Shown in pieces: positions 23,650 to 32,889 of a stretch of DNA of 64,000 bases. Under the pieces are notes generated by a model. It saw nothing but the letters and a program-made list of their open reading frames with translations, did not search any database and was not told the DNA's origin. This DNA comes from an uncultured Clostridium sp. (GTDB lineage Bacteria; Bacillota; Clostridia; TANB77; CAG-508): contig CANTGH010000001.1 in NCBI GenBank assembly GCA_947653235.1, forward strand, positions 247,191 to 311,190, written 5' to 3'. The stretch's first letter is position 1, and each line of letters starts with the position of its first letter. The translations under genes were made by a program, and so were the position numbers.

Positions 23650-23678
23650 TTGACTAAATGACCAAAATAGTGTATGAT
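23650..23678 (+). promoter_or_regulatory. clpE promoter (TTGACT-N17-TATGAT)
   Basis: Sequence agTTGACTaaatgaccaaaatagtgTATGAT. The repeated GTCA half-sites are not a convincing CtsR box. Confidence 0.4.
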
Positions 23679-23714
23679 TATTTATTATATACATTTTAAG
23701 GAGAAAATTTATTT

Positions 23715-26036
23715 ATGTTATGTTCAAATTGCAATAAAAACACAGCTGTCGTGTTCATTAATAAAACCGAAAATGGGCAAACTTCAACAGAAGGCTTATG
23801 TTATGGTTGTGCCAAAAAACGTGGCATTAATCCACTTGATGTAATCGTGAAAAATGCCAATTTAAGCCAAGATGAATTAGAAGATATGTCCAACCAATTC
23901 GAAGAAATTTTGCAAGATTTTTCTGGTAATTTAGATATTGAAAATATCACCCCAGAAGATTTCAACAATGAAAATAATCCTCTAAACGGATTTTTTGGTA
24001 TGTTCAAAACCAATTTAAATTCACAAGCCAAAAATGCAAATGAAAACTCAGATGCTACTTCTGATTCTTCTAGCAATTCTTCTAGTCCTAAAAAAGCAGT
24101 AAAAGTTAGCAAAAAACAAAAAAATAATAAAAAGAAATTTCTTGATACATTTGGTACCAATTTAACCGAAAAAGCCAAAAATGGCGGATTAGATGAAGTC
24201 ATTGGTAGAGAACGTGAAATTCAACGTATTACGCAAATTCTAAATCGTCGTTCTAAAAATAATCCTTGTTTGATTGGTGAACCTGGTGTTGGTAAAACTG
24301 CCATTGCACAAGGTTTAGCCATAAAAATTGCCAAACAGCAAGTCCCTGCAAAATTGTTAAATAAAGAAGTGTATTTAATTGATATTACAGCTATTATTGC
24401 AGGAACGCAATTTCGTGGTCAATTTGAAGCAAGAATGAAGTCTTTGATTGATGAATGTAAAACGTATGGAAATATTATTTTAGTCATTGATGAAGTGCAT
24501 AACATCATTGGTGCTGGTGACGCAGAACATTCCATGAATGCTGCCAACATTTTAAAACCTGCCCTTTCCAATGGCGAAATCCAATTAATCGGAACAACTA
24601 CTTTAAAAGAATATCGAAAATATATTGAAAAAGACACTGCTTTGGAAAGAAGATTTCAACCTGTCATGGTAGAAGAGCCTTCCGTTGAAGATTCTGTCGG
24701 TATTTTAAAAGGAATAAAAAAATATTATGAAGAATTTCACAAAGTTTTAATTTCAGATGATGTCATAGAAAAAACAGTCAAAATGTCTGAAAAATATATT
24801 CACGACCGCTTTTTGCCAGACAAAGCCATTGATTTAATTGATGAAGCTTGCTCGAAAATTAATTTAGGTAACAAAGATTTATACGAACTTGAAATTATCA
24901 AAAACGAACTTGCCAAGCTTGCTGAAGAAAAAGAAGAAGCCGTTTCTTCTGATTCTATCGAAGATTACCAAAAAGCAGCTGATTTAAAAACTAAAGAATG
25001 TTCTTTAACCGAACGAATGGAGCAAATTGAAAGTACCCTTCAACCTTCTGTTCTTTCTGTACAAGATATCGCCGAAGTGATTGAACGTTGGACCAAAATT
25101 CCAGTCACGAAAATAACTGAAGCAGAAACGCAAAAATTACTAAATTTAGAAGCCAATCTTCACCAACACATTATTGGTCAAAATACTGCTGTGGAAGCAG
25201 TTTCCAAAGCAATCCGTCGAAATCGAGCTGGACTTCAAAGTACCAAACGTCCTCCTTCTTTCATTTTCGTAGGACCAACTGGTGTTGGTAAAACCGAACT
25301 TGCCAAATCTTTAGCATATGAAATGTTTGGCTCTGAAGATGCGATTATTCGAATTGATATGTCTGAATATATGGAAAGTCACTCCACTTCTAAATTAATT
25401 GGCTCGCCTCCTGGTTATGTTGGTTACGACGATGCTGGGCAATTAACCGAAAAAGTAAAACGCAAACCATATTCCATTATTTTATTAGATGAAATTGAAA
25501 AGGCTCATCCAGATGTATTCAATGTCCTACTACAAGTTTTAGATGACGGAAAATTAACTGATTCCCAAGGAAATACAGTCAATTTTGAAAACACCATCAT
25601 CATCATGACATCTAACGCAGGTTCTAACCTAAATAATAACTCTATCGGATTTGGCAACAAATCCATTATGGATAATGACAAAATGGTCGCTGCACTCAAA
25701 GATTTATTCCGCCCGGAATTCTTAAACCGCGTCGATGAAATAGTAGCTTTTAATCCACTAACCGAGGAAGAATTATTACAAATCGTGGATTTACTATTAT
25801 CCAAAACCCAACTAGCACTAAATGCTAAAGACATCACATTAGACATTTCCTTAGCAGCCAAAAAATTCTTACTCGCTAAAGGAACCGACCTAAAATACGG
25901 TGCTCGCCCACTTCGCCGTTCCATCCAAAGATACATCGAAGACGAAATATCAGACATGATCCTAAAATCCGAAGTCATCGCAGGTCAGACCATCCACGTC
26001 GATTGCAAAAAAGATGAACTAAAATTCAAATTATAA
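23715..26036 (+). CDS. clpE: ATP-dependent Clp protease ATP-binding subunit, ClpE-like (N-terminal zinc finger)
   Basis: 773 aa. It has an N-terminal CxxC...CxxC motif and two AAA+ modules (GEPGVGKTAIA and GPTGVGKTELA). Confidence 0.85.
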   Translation: MLCSNCNKNTAVVFINKTENGQTSTEGLCYGCAKKRGINPLDVIVKNANLSQDELEDMSNQFEEILQDFSGNLDIENITPEDFNNENNPLNGFFGMFKTNLNSQAKNANENSDATSDSSSNSSSPKKAVKVSKKQKNNKKKFLDTFGTNLTEKAKNGGLDEVIGREREIQRITQILNRRSKNNPCLIGEPGVGKTAIAQGLAIKIAKQQVPAKLLNKEVYLIDITAIIAGTQFRGQFEARMKSLIDECKTYGNIILVIDEVHNIIGAGDAEHSMNAANILKPALSNGEIQLIGTTTLKEYRKYIEKDTALERRFQPVMVEEPSVEDSVGILKGIKKYYEEFHKVLISDDVIEKTVKMSEKYIHDRFLPDKAIDLIDEACSKINLGNKDLYELEIIKNELAKLAEEKEEAVSSDSIEDYQKAADLKTKECSLTERMEQIESTLQPSVLSVQDIAEVIERWTKIPVTKITEAETQKLLNLEANLHQHIIGQNTAVEAVSKAIRRNRAGLQSTKRPPSFIFVGPTGVGKTELAKSLAYEMFGSEDAIIRIDMSEYMESHSTSKLIGSPPGYVGYDDAGQLTEKVKRKPYSIILLDEIEKAHPDVFNVLLQVLDDGKLTDSQGNTVNFENTIIIMTSNAGSNLNNNSIGFGNKSIMDNDKMVAALKDLFRPEFLNRVDEIVAFNPLTEEELLQIVDLLLSKTQLALNAKDITLDISLAAKKFLLAKGTDLKYGARPLRRSIQRYIEDEISDMILKSEVIAGQTIHVDCKKDELKFKL

Positions 26037-26117
26037 AAAAGACAAAGACGGAGCTCCTATGCTTCGTCTTCATTGATTTTCACAATATGAAATTTTCCCT
26101 AAAAAGTCGTAGCGTCC

Positions 26118-26687
26118 CTACTCAAAATCCTCCAAAACTGAACTTAATTTTCCCTCGCCATACACCATAATTCCTTCTTCTAATTTCCTTATATCTTCTT
26201 CTGGTAAATAATCTCTTGCTATATCTGTTTTTTGGTATTCATTTAATTCGCCCAGTGTTCCCATTTGAAAGACCTTTACGATGTCCTCTGCCAATTTTAT
26301 AACAAAATGTTGATTGCAATAACCATTAATTTCTTTTGAAAGCACTAATTCGTTTTCCGAAAACTTGTCTACTTCCCAATCCTTATAATAATCTTCTACT
26401 TCTTGCTCTGTTAAATTAATCAATTCTTTCGGAAGTTCTACTTCTTCATAATCAAAATGACTACATTCATCATAATATTTTTTTAGTGCAAAATTGGTAT
26501 TTGGCAATACTTTTTCCTCTTTAACCGCCGTTGTTACGGTACTTTCATTTTCATACATTTCTTCTACTTGATGTGCTGTTTGCGCTTCCTGCGCTCTATA
26601 GGTTGTATTCAATAATCCTACAATTCCCCAAATCACTCCTACAATTCCTATTATTAATATACTAATATATACATAATCTTTCCTCAT
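26118..26687 (-). CDS. hypothetical membrane-anchored protein
   Basis: The likely start is MRKDYVYISIL, preceded by GGTGA. It has an N-terminal TM helix and an acidic soluble domain. Confidence 0.45.
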   Translation of the reverse strand: MRKDYVYISILIIGIVGVIWGIVGLLNTTYRAQEAQTAHQVEEMYENESTVTTAVKEEKVLPNTNFALKKYYDECSHFDYEEVELPKELINLTEQEVEDYYKDWEVDKFSENELVLSKEINGYCNQHFVIKLAEDIVKVFQMGTLGELNEYQKTDIARDYLPEEDIRKLEEGIMVYGEGKLSSVLEDFE

Positions 26688-26799
26688 ACGCTTCACCTTT
26701 CGTAAATTAGTATGAACGATTTTGGAAAAATTATACAAAGATAGGAAATAAATATCCTATCTTTTTTCATAAAAATGATGAGAGAAGAAACAATTGTTC

Positions 26800-27036
26800 C
26801 TCCCTCATTTTCTTTTTCAACACTTTATTGTCACCTTACGGTGACCGTGCGTTTGCTCGCATCATAAGTTGCTCCTTCCCTTGCAGTCATGCTCATCTGA
26901 CCCGCCACACTCGACAGCTACTTTACTTGGCATCTGCAGTTTCCAAAGTTTTTACTTTTTTGAAATCGGAACGGAGAATCCCGAGCATTAAATTTTCTTC
27001 TATTCATCGGCTACCTCCCGCACACTGCGCACCGGC
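26800..27036 (-). other. GC-rich noncoding island. It may be a pseudogene remnant or a structured RNA
   Basis: About 50% GC against ~25% flanking. On the minus strand it reads as a single frame broken by six stops (MRDSPMKTVTLDHFLENWAV*AGAQCAGGSR*IEENLMLGILRSDFKKVKTLETADAK*...). It ends in a GGTCACCgtaaGGTGAC hairpin. Confidence 0.3.
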
Positions 27037-27099
27037 TTAGACTGCCCAATTTTCTAAGAAATGATCTAATGTTACTGTCTTCATCGGACTATCTCTCAT
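27037..27099 (-). CDS. 20-codon ORF (MRDSPMKTVTLDHFLENWAV) with strong RBS at the head of the GC-rich island
   Basis: AAAGGAGG lies 7 nt before the ATG. It may be the N-terminus of a decayed gene rather than a functional peptide. Confidence 0.2.
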   Translation of the reverse strand: MRDSPMKTVTLDHFLENWAV

Positions 27100-27137
27100 A
27101 CAATAGCCTCCTTTCAGAAAAATTTTTTAATTTCAAC

Positions 27138-27151
27138 CAAGAATATTCTTG
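27138..27151. promoter_or_regulatory. perfect 14-bp palindrome CAAGAATATTCTTG at the transcription start region (candidate operator)
   Basis: It lies 10-23 nt downstream of the -10 of the 27162-27190 promoter. Confidence 0.35.
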
Positions 27152-27161
27152 ATATAATTAT

Positions 27162-27190
27162 ATTTTAGCATATTTACATAATTTTGTCAA
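27162..27190 (-). promoter_or_regulatory. sigma-A promoter TTGACA-N17-TAAAAT driving the sORF/GC-rich unit
   Basis: On the minus strand: TTGACAaaattatgtaaatatgcTAAAAT. Confidence 0.45.
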
Positions 27191-27221
27191 TACTTTTTTA
27201 AAAATTTTTTCACTTTTTTCA

Positions 27222-27278
27222 CTTAAAAAAAACGCCCACATACGAAGTCCTTTCTTCGCACCTAGGCGTTTTTTTTAT
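27222..27278. terminator. bidirectional terminator downstream of the SSB-like gene
   Basis: AACGCC-long loop-GGCGTT with an A-run before and a T-run after. Confidence 0.5.
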
Positions 27279-27304
27279 ATATTAAACTAAATATATACTA
27301 TATT

Positions 27305-27985
27305 CTATGAAACAACCTCTTCGGATGTTTCGTTTGTTTGTGAATCTTGTTCTTCTTTTTCCACAATTTCTAAACTTGCGACAGAAACCTCGTAAGCTAC
27401 TCTTTCTTCAACACTTCCATCTTCATGTTTTTTCTCATAAATTCTGCTTTGTACTCTACCAATTAAGCGTACTTCAGTTCCTACTTCCATGTTTTCACAA
27501 AATCTAGCGTTGCGTCCCCAAGCAATACATGGTATGTAATCGGATTTATTATAAGCACGATTAACCGCTAACAAAATATCCGCAATTTCCCTGCCAAATG
27601 GTGTTTGTCTGTAAATTGGCTTTTTGCAAATATAGCCTAATAGTTTTACTTCATTTGATACTTCTTCTTTGCTTTCTTCTGGATTGACTTGTATAATTTC
27701 TTTCGCAAAAACCGTAAGAATTAAGCGGTTTCTCTCGTTTTCATAATTGTTGTATGAACGAAATTGACCTTCTACTTTTAGGGTATTACCTAATTCTAAA
27801 TTAATTGTTGTTAGTAATCTTTCCGATACAGTAATTGGTATAATATCTACTGTTGAGCTTAATCTTACTACTTCTAAATTAAATAAATAAAATTTCTCTC
27901 CATAGATTTCATGGCTGTATCTTTTCTCACTCGCAACTTTTCCAACCAACACTAAGTGGTTGTTTTCTAAATAATTTGTATTCAA
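27305..27985 (-). CDS. SSB-family protein with two OB folds (TTG start)
   Basis: 226 aa. The second OB fold resembles SsbA (LAVNR, IPCIAWGRNA, GRVQSRIYE). The start TTG is 8 nt after AAGGAGG. Confidence 0.55.
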   Translation of the reverse strand: MNTNYLENNHLVLVGKVASEKRYSHEIYGEKFYLFNLEVVRLSSTVDIIPITVSERLLTTINLELGNTLKVEGQFRSYNNYENERNRLILTVFAKEIIQVNPEESKEEVSNEVKLLGYICKKPIYRQTPFGREIADILLAVNRAYNKSDYIPCIAWGRNARFCENMEVGTEVRLIGRVQSRIYEKKHEDGSVEERVAYEVSVASLEIVEKEEQDSQTNETSEEVVS

Positions 27986-27989
27986 TTTA

Positions 27990-28204
27990 AATTCCTCCTT
28001 AAATTCATCTAGTGTATTTCATATATGCTAATTTTTCATCTTATTACTTCTATTATAACACATTTTTTTTGGTTTGTCTACATAAAATTTCATTTTTTTG
28101 TAATTTTTTACATTTTTTTAATATTTTTTTGTGTTTTTTCTTTGATTTTTTTAGGTTTTTAGTGTTTTTTGTTATGTTCATTCATTATTTGTTCTTTTTT
28201 TATG
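27990..28204. repeat. low-complexity T-tract region (phased T6-8 runs) upstream of the SSB-like gene
   Basis: About 215 bp of tttttttg-type runs. It contains an extended -10 promoter (TAGACA-N17-TGtTATAAT) on the minus strand and is likely curved or UP-element DNA. Confidence 0.45.
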
Positions 28205-29557
28205 TTAGTTTCTAACCAATTGTTTGAATAAATTCCCTCTTTCTTCAAAATTTTTGAAATATTCATAGCTGGAAGCTGCAGGTGATAACACACAAATCGT
28301 ATTTTTTTTCGTAACTTTTTTAGCAATTTTTACTGCTTGTTCTAAATTCTCTACTAAATATACTTTTTTACTTACTTGATTTTTTAAGGTATGATAAATT
28401 ATCTCTCCAGTTTTAGGAAGACAAATGATATGTTCTACCATTGAATTTTGAAGAAATTGAATCAACTCTTGCAAATCAACTCCTCTATCTTTCCCACCTA
28501 CAATTAATGTATTAACTTTTTCAAGTGCCTTTATCGTATAAATGGTTGATTGTGGTATGGTTGCTATAGAATCGTTATAATATTGGACTGAATCAATTTC
28601 ATCCACATATTCCATGCGATGCTGTAAGGTCTCAAAAGTTTCAATTGTTTTAAGGGCTATATCTAGTTCTAAATTCATTTTATCACATACAGCTAGAACA
28701 AACATGATGTTTTGAATGTTGTGTATTCCTTTTAATTTTAGTTTTGTATTTAAATTCATCATTTCTTTCTTGTTACAATATATGTGATTGTTTTGAATAT
28801 ATACGCAATTTTGAGTATCTGTACCCTCTTTTAATGTAATAGCATAATCTGTTGGCTTAAAGATATAGTTTTTCATATTTTGGTTATCATAGTTATAAAT
28901 TAGAATATCTGCTTGTTTTTGATACTTAGTAATGTTATATTTGGCATCTGCATATTGCTCAAATGAATTATAATGATCCAAATGTTCTTCATATAAATTG
29001 AGCCAAATTGCAATATTAGGCGATTGTTTTACATATTGTAAGCTATGAGAAGACAATTCTAGAACAACAATACTATTAGTTTTCAGATTTTCTATACTTT
29101 CCAATATAGGCTCTCCAATATTTCCTAGTAAAAAAGTATCTCTGCCTTGATCTTTTAACACTTGATACATCAAACTACTGGTCGTACTTTTGCCTTTGGT
29201 ACCAGTAATTCCAATCGTGAAACAGTCTACAAATTGTAAAAATAGTTGTAATTGATTGGTTACTTTTTCTTGAAAATTCGTTATGTCTTTATTTTTAAAA
29301 GATAGCCCTGGTGTTTTTAAGATAATATCATATTCTTCTAATCCATTTAAGTATTGCTCGCCCATATTTATTTCTAAGTCAATATCTTCTAAAAATTCTG
29401 GATACTTTTGTAATAAATTGGTTGCTTTATCAGCAATAAACAACTTTTTTTGGGGAAAATTTTTTCGTAAAAAGTCATAAGTTGACTTTCCTTCTATACC
29501 AACACCTAAAATTAAAATTTTTTTATCTTTTAAATATTGTAATAATTTTTTTAACAT
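28205..29557 (-). CDS. MurD-like Mur ligase (UDP-N-acetylmuramoyl-L-alanine--glutamate ligase family)
   Basis: 450 aa with a MurD-type N-terminal Rossmann motif (KILILGVGIEGKS) and the Mur ligase P-loop GITGTKGKSTT. It is not in a dcw cluster. Confidence 0.7.
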   Translation of the reverse strand: MLKKLLQYLKDKKILILGVGIEGKSTYDFLRKNFPQKKLFIADKATNLLQKYPEFLEDIDLEINMGEQYLNGLEEYDIILKTPGLSFKNKDITNFQEKVTNQLQLFLQFVDCFTIGITGTKGKSTTSSLMYQVLKDQGRDTFLLGNIGEPILESIENLKTNSIVVLELSSHSLQYVKQSPNIAIWLNLYEEHLDHYNSFEQYADAKYNITKYQKQADILIYNYDNQNMKNYIFKPTDYAITLKEGTDTQNCVYIQNNHIYCNKKEMMNLNTKLKLKGIHNIQNIMFVLAVCDKMNLELDIALKTIETFETLQHRMEYVDEIDSVQYYNDSIATIPQSTIYTIKALEKVNTLIVGGKDRGVDLQELIQFLQNSMVEHIICLPKTGEIIYHTLKNQVSKKVYLVENLEQAVKIAKKVTKKNTICVLSPAASSYEYFKNFEERGNLFKQLVRN

Positions 29558-30900
29558 TCAAATAAACTCCTTTTCAAGATTTGCTCAAATTCTTCTGGTA
29601 AATTATTGTTTGGATTATATTCTTTTAACATATCCTCTTCTAATAGTTCAAAATGTTCTTGATAATAGTTTAACAAAAATGGTAATTGAAATTTGGTATT
29701 TTGAATGGTTTTTGAAATTGCAAATCGGATTTCTCGGTAAGTCCCAACACATTCAAATGGCTTGTTTTGACTATAGCCACAAAGTTCAATAAAGGTTTGT
29801 AACAATGATTCTTTTTCGAATAAATCTTCGCCGAAAATTGTAATCAACTTTTCACGATATAAAAATGGACTTAAAATAATAAATGCAAATAAACATTTCG
29901 GACAATCACAACACCATTTCCATTGTTTCTCTTTGCTTCCTACATTACAACTTTTAAAAACAGGATGATAGGCTTCTAACTTTGAAAATAATTTTGCAAT
30001 TTGTATTTCACTAATAGGACGAAGTATACTAAAATATTCTGGTCCATTGGGTGTTATATAGTTTGTTACATAATTTCTAAAATCATTTTCAAATTCTACT
30101 GTTTTGGAATATTGATGATTGATATTTTGCCCTTTAATGTTACTTTCATTCGCACTATCTTCATTAGATAATACAATATATTTTTTATCAAAAATAATGG
30201 CAACAAAATAAGTGATGAAAGCAACCAGTGCGGAAAAAGGCGTGTGACCATTTAAAAATCCCTGTTGATTTAGTTCAATTAAATTGGTATCGATTTTTCG
30301 TTCTACCTCGAATATCTCATCTTCTTTTAATTCTGCAATTTCAGCACATTTTCGTGAAACATCTTCTAGATTGATACGAAATCCAAATCGTTTTTGAGAA
30401 CTCTGTTTCAACAATTCCAAGGTAACATTCGAGTCTTTTCCACCACCAATAGGAATGATACAATCTTGTAAATTAGTTTGACATTCCTCTACTTCCCATC
30501 TCTTACCTTCTGAAAATATTTGAACAAAATCTTCCTGCGAAACTTGGATTTTGTTTTTATAACGAAATTCACCTAAACCAAAATAAATGAGCTTTTTAAA
30601 CCATTTTATTTGTTCTTCTTTTAGTTTTCCACATTTTATCCAAAAATATTGGCTACAGGTTGCTTTAAAATAACTAATTGCTTCTATAATTCCAATATGA
30701 AAAGCAACATTTTGAGCTATATTGCTATGCAAATGATTAATTTTAAAATTCTTTTTACGAATTTTTAAGATGGGATTAAATTGCTTTAATCCTTCAATTT
30801 CGAAACAATATTTTAAATAAATATTAGCTTCATCTTCTTCTATTTGATAGTCTTTATAAATAAATGATTTATATTTTTCTTTTAATTCTTCATATTTCAT
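29551..30900 (-). CDS. PP-loop ATP pyrophosphatase family protein, translationally coupled to the MurD-like gene (MurL-like candidate)
   Basis: 449 aa with the PP-loop IPIGGGKDS after a ~150-aa N-terminal domain and a C-terminal Cys cluster WKWCCDCPKC. Its start overlaps the preceding gene's stop (ATGnnTGA). Confidence 0.5.
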   Translation of the reverse strand: MKYEELKEKYKSFIYKDYQIEEDEANIYLKYCFEIEGLKQFNPILKIRKKNFKINHLHSNIAQNVAFHIGIIEAISYFKATCSQYFWIKCGKLKEEQIKWFKKLIYFGLGEFRYKNKIQVSQEDFVQIFSEGKRWEVEECQTNLQDCIIPIGGGKDSNVTLELLKQSSQKRFGFRINLEDVSRKCAEIAELKEDEIFEVERKIDTNLIELNQQGFLNGHTPFSALVAFITYFVAIIFDKKYIVLSNEDSANESNIKGQNINHQYSKTVEFENDFRNYVTNYITPNGPEYFSILRPISEIQIAKLFSKLEAYHPVFKSCNVGSKEKQWKWCCDCPKCLFAFIILSPFLYREKLITIFGEDLFEKESLLQTFIELCGYSQNKPFECVGTYREIRFAISKTIQNTKFQLPFLLNYYQEHFELLEEDMLKEYNPNNNLPEEFEQILKRSLFEC

Positions 30901-30989
30901 ATAATACTTTCTCCTTCTCTAAGGTATTCATAAATGTTTGATTATAATATCAAACATTCGTTCTTTTGTCAATCCCCTTTCTAAATTTT

Positions 30990-31030
30990 TATAAAAAACA
31001 CCTCTTTTTTTATTAAGAGGTGTTTTTATT
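30990..31030. terminator. bidirectional terminator after spoIIID
   Basis: AACACCTCTT-tttttatta-AGAGGTGTT with T-runs on both sides. Confidence 0.6.
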
Positions 31031-31348
31031 TTAAGAAGCATGATCTTTATGACTGTATTTAAGTTTTGTTGCCATTCCTCCTCGAATATGCCTTTCTGCT
31101 TTGTTTTCGTCTAGTACTTTGCGAACTTCCATTGCTAAGGTGTAGTTTATGTTGAGCAACCTTTGACTTACATCCTTATGTACCGTACTTTTACTGATTC
31201 CAAATTTTTTAGCTGCTCCACGAACTGTATCTTTTGTATCGATAATATATTGAGCAACTTTTATTGCTCTTTCTTCTATTGATTTTTTACCAGCTCCTGG
31301 TAAATTTTGTGAAACTGAAACTATATTTTTCATAAAGAAAACCCCCAA
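31031..31348 (-). CDS. spoIIID: stage III sporulation protein D
   Basis: 105 aa with the HTH VRGAAKKFGISKSTVHKDV and C-terminal GGMATKLKY, matching SpoIIID. Confidence 0.85.
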   Translation of the reverse strand: MGVFFMKNIVSVSQNLPGAGKKSIEERAIKVAQYIIDTKDTVRGAAKKFGISKSTVHKDVSQRLLNINYTLAMEVRKVLDENKAERHIRGGMATKLKYSHKDHAS

Positions 31349-31494
31349 ACAAATACATTTGCTTAATTGTATTCGTTAAAGAGTTGTATTAGAACTCTTT
31401 TTTAACTCACATTTTTTCTAAAAAAAAAGACAAAAGAATCATTTTTAGAACCGCTTTGCCAACTCCCTCACAGGATAGTAAAATTCCAAATAAA

Positions 31495-31537
31495 ACAAAA
31501 AAAGACCGCACTTAATAAACATTCGGTCTTTCTTATA
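31495..31537 (-). terminator. rho-independent terminator after the CorC-family gene
   Basis: AGACCGCAC-loop-TTCGGTCT followed by a T-run on the minus strand. It is nearly identical to the hairpin at 1486-1512. Confidence 0.6.
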
Positions 31538-31581
31538 TTATACCATACTTTAAATCAATTTGTCAAGCTTTCTTCTGCCTT

Positions 31582-32886
31582 TTAATTTTCTTCTTCCTCT
31601 TCTTTTTGGACAATGCAAACTTTGACTTTCAGAATTCGATTATTTTTTATTTTTTCTATTTTATATACAACATTTTCAAATTCTATAATCGGTTTTTCTT
31701 TTTCATTAGGAATTCTCCCAAGTTCATCAATTAAGTAACCAGAAAGGGTTTCATAATCTCCTTCTGGGATTTGAATTCCTAATATTTTTCGACATTCATA
31801 AATTGGCAAATTGCCTTGTAAAAGGTAAGTATTCGGATCAATTTCTTCGTATTCTTTTTCAAAATCGTCAAACTCATCAAATATATCACCTACAATTTCT
31901 TCCAAAATATCTTCCATTGTAACCAAGCCAGCAGTTCCACCATATTCATCTAATACAATTGCAATCTGCTTTTTGTTTTTGCGCATTTCTGTAAAAACTT
32001 CATCTATATCTTTCGTTTCTGGCACAAAATAAGCTTCTTTGACTAAATTCTTAATTTTCGTACTCTTACTTTTTTGCTCCAATAACATATCTTTTACATA
32101 CAAAATACCAATAATTTGGTCAATACTTTCTTTGTAAACTGGAATTCGACTGTATTTATAATCTTCTGCAATTTCTAAAATAGCTTCTGACATCGCCAAA
32201 TTACTATCTAGTGCAAAAATCTCCGTTCTCGGTGTCATAATTTCAGAAACCGTTCTATCATTAAATTCAAAAACATTGTTAATCATTTCTTTTTCGTTAA
32301 GTTCAATCGTACCTTTTTCTTCCCCAACATCAACCATCATGCGAATTTCTTCTTCGGTAACAATTTCTTCTTCATTTCCTGTTACACCAAATAATTTAGA
32401 AACAACATTGGTCGAAAATTCCAAAAATTTCACAAATGGTGAGGTAAGAATCGCAATAAAATTGATCACACCAATCGTCGCAAACGCAATGGCTTCATAC
32501 TTTTTCATCGCAATTCTTTTAGGAACCAATTCCCCAAAAATCAAAGTAAAATACGATAAAATAATCGTAATAATCACAATAGAAATTCCCTTCCATGTTT
32601 CAAAACTTAAACTCGGAATTGCTTGATATAAAATTGGTGCTAGATCATCAGCAAATGAGTCTGATGCAAACGCACTAGATAAAAATCCTGCTAATGTAAT
32701 ACCAATCTGGATAGTTGCCAAAAATCGGCTTGGGCTTTTTAGCATTTTTGCAATAGTTTTGGCTTTTTTATTGCCATCTTTGACCATCAAATCAATTTTG
32801 GCATCATTGAGCGAAATAAAAGCAATCTCACTTGCCGCAAAAAATGCGTTAATTAGTATTAAAATAAGCAGTATAACAACTTGCAT
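31582..32886 (-). CDS. HlyC/CorC (CNNM) family transporter: DUF21 membrane domain, CBS pair and CorC_HlyC domain
   Basis: 434 aa with an N-terminal 4-TM DUF21 region ([22 protein letters not shown]), a CBS pair and a C-terminal transporter-associated domain. Confidence 0.85.
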   Translation of the reverse strand: MQVVILLILILINAFFAASEIAFISLNDAKIDLMVKDGNKKAKTIAKMLKSPSRFLATIQIGITLAGFLSSAFASDSFADDLAPILYQAIPSLSFETWKGISIVIITIILSYFTLIFGELVPKRIAMKKYEAIAFATIGVINFIAILTSPFVKFLEFSTNVVSKLFGVTGNEEEIVTEEEIRMMVDVGEEKGTIELNEKEMINNVFEFNDRTVSEIMTPRTEIFALDSNLAMSEAILEIAEDYKYSRIPVYKESIDQIIGILYVKDMLLEQKSKSTKIKNLVKEAYFVPETKDIDEVFTEMRKNKKQIAIVLDEYGGTAGLVTMEDILEEIVGDIFDEFDDFEKEYEEIDPNTYLLQGNLPIYECRKILGIQIPEGDYETLSGYLIDELGRIPNEKEKPIIEFENVVYKIEKIKNNRILKVKVCIVQKEEEEEN

Positions 32887-32889
32887 GGT

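Noticed and set aside
23650-23670. CtsR operator upstream of clpE (GTCA half-sites in agTTGACTaaaTGACCaaa)
   Set aside because: The two GTCA cores are 8 bp apart rather than the 10 bp of the (A/G)GTCAAA-NAN-(A/G)GTCAAA heptad repeat, and neither heptad matches well. It is probably just the -35 TTGACT.
26800-27060. Cobalamin riboswitch on the plus strand (CCCGCCACACTCG and GGCTTAGACTGCCC resembling the B12 box)
   Set aside because: The matches are partial, the order and spacing of elements do not fit, and no plus-strand gene lies downstream to be regulated.
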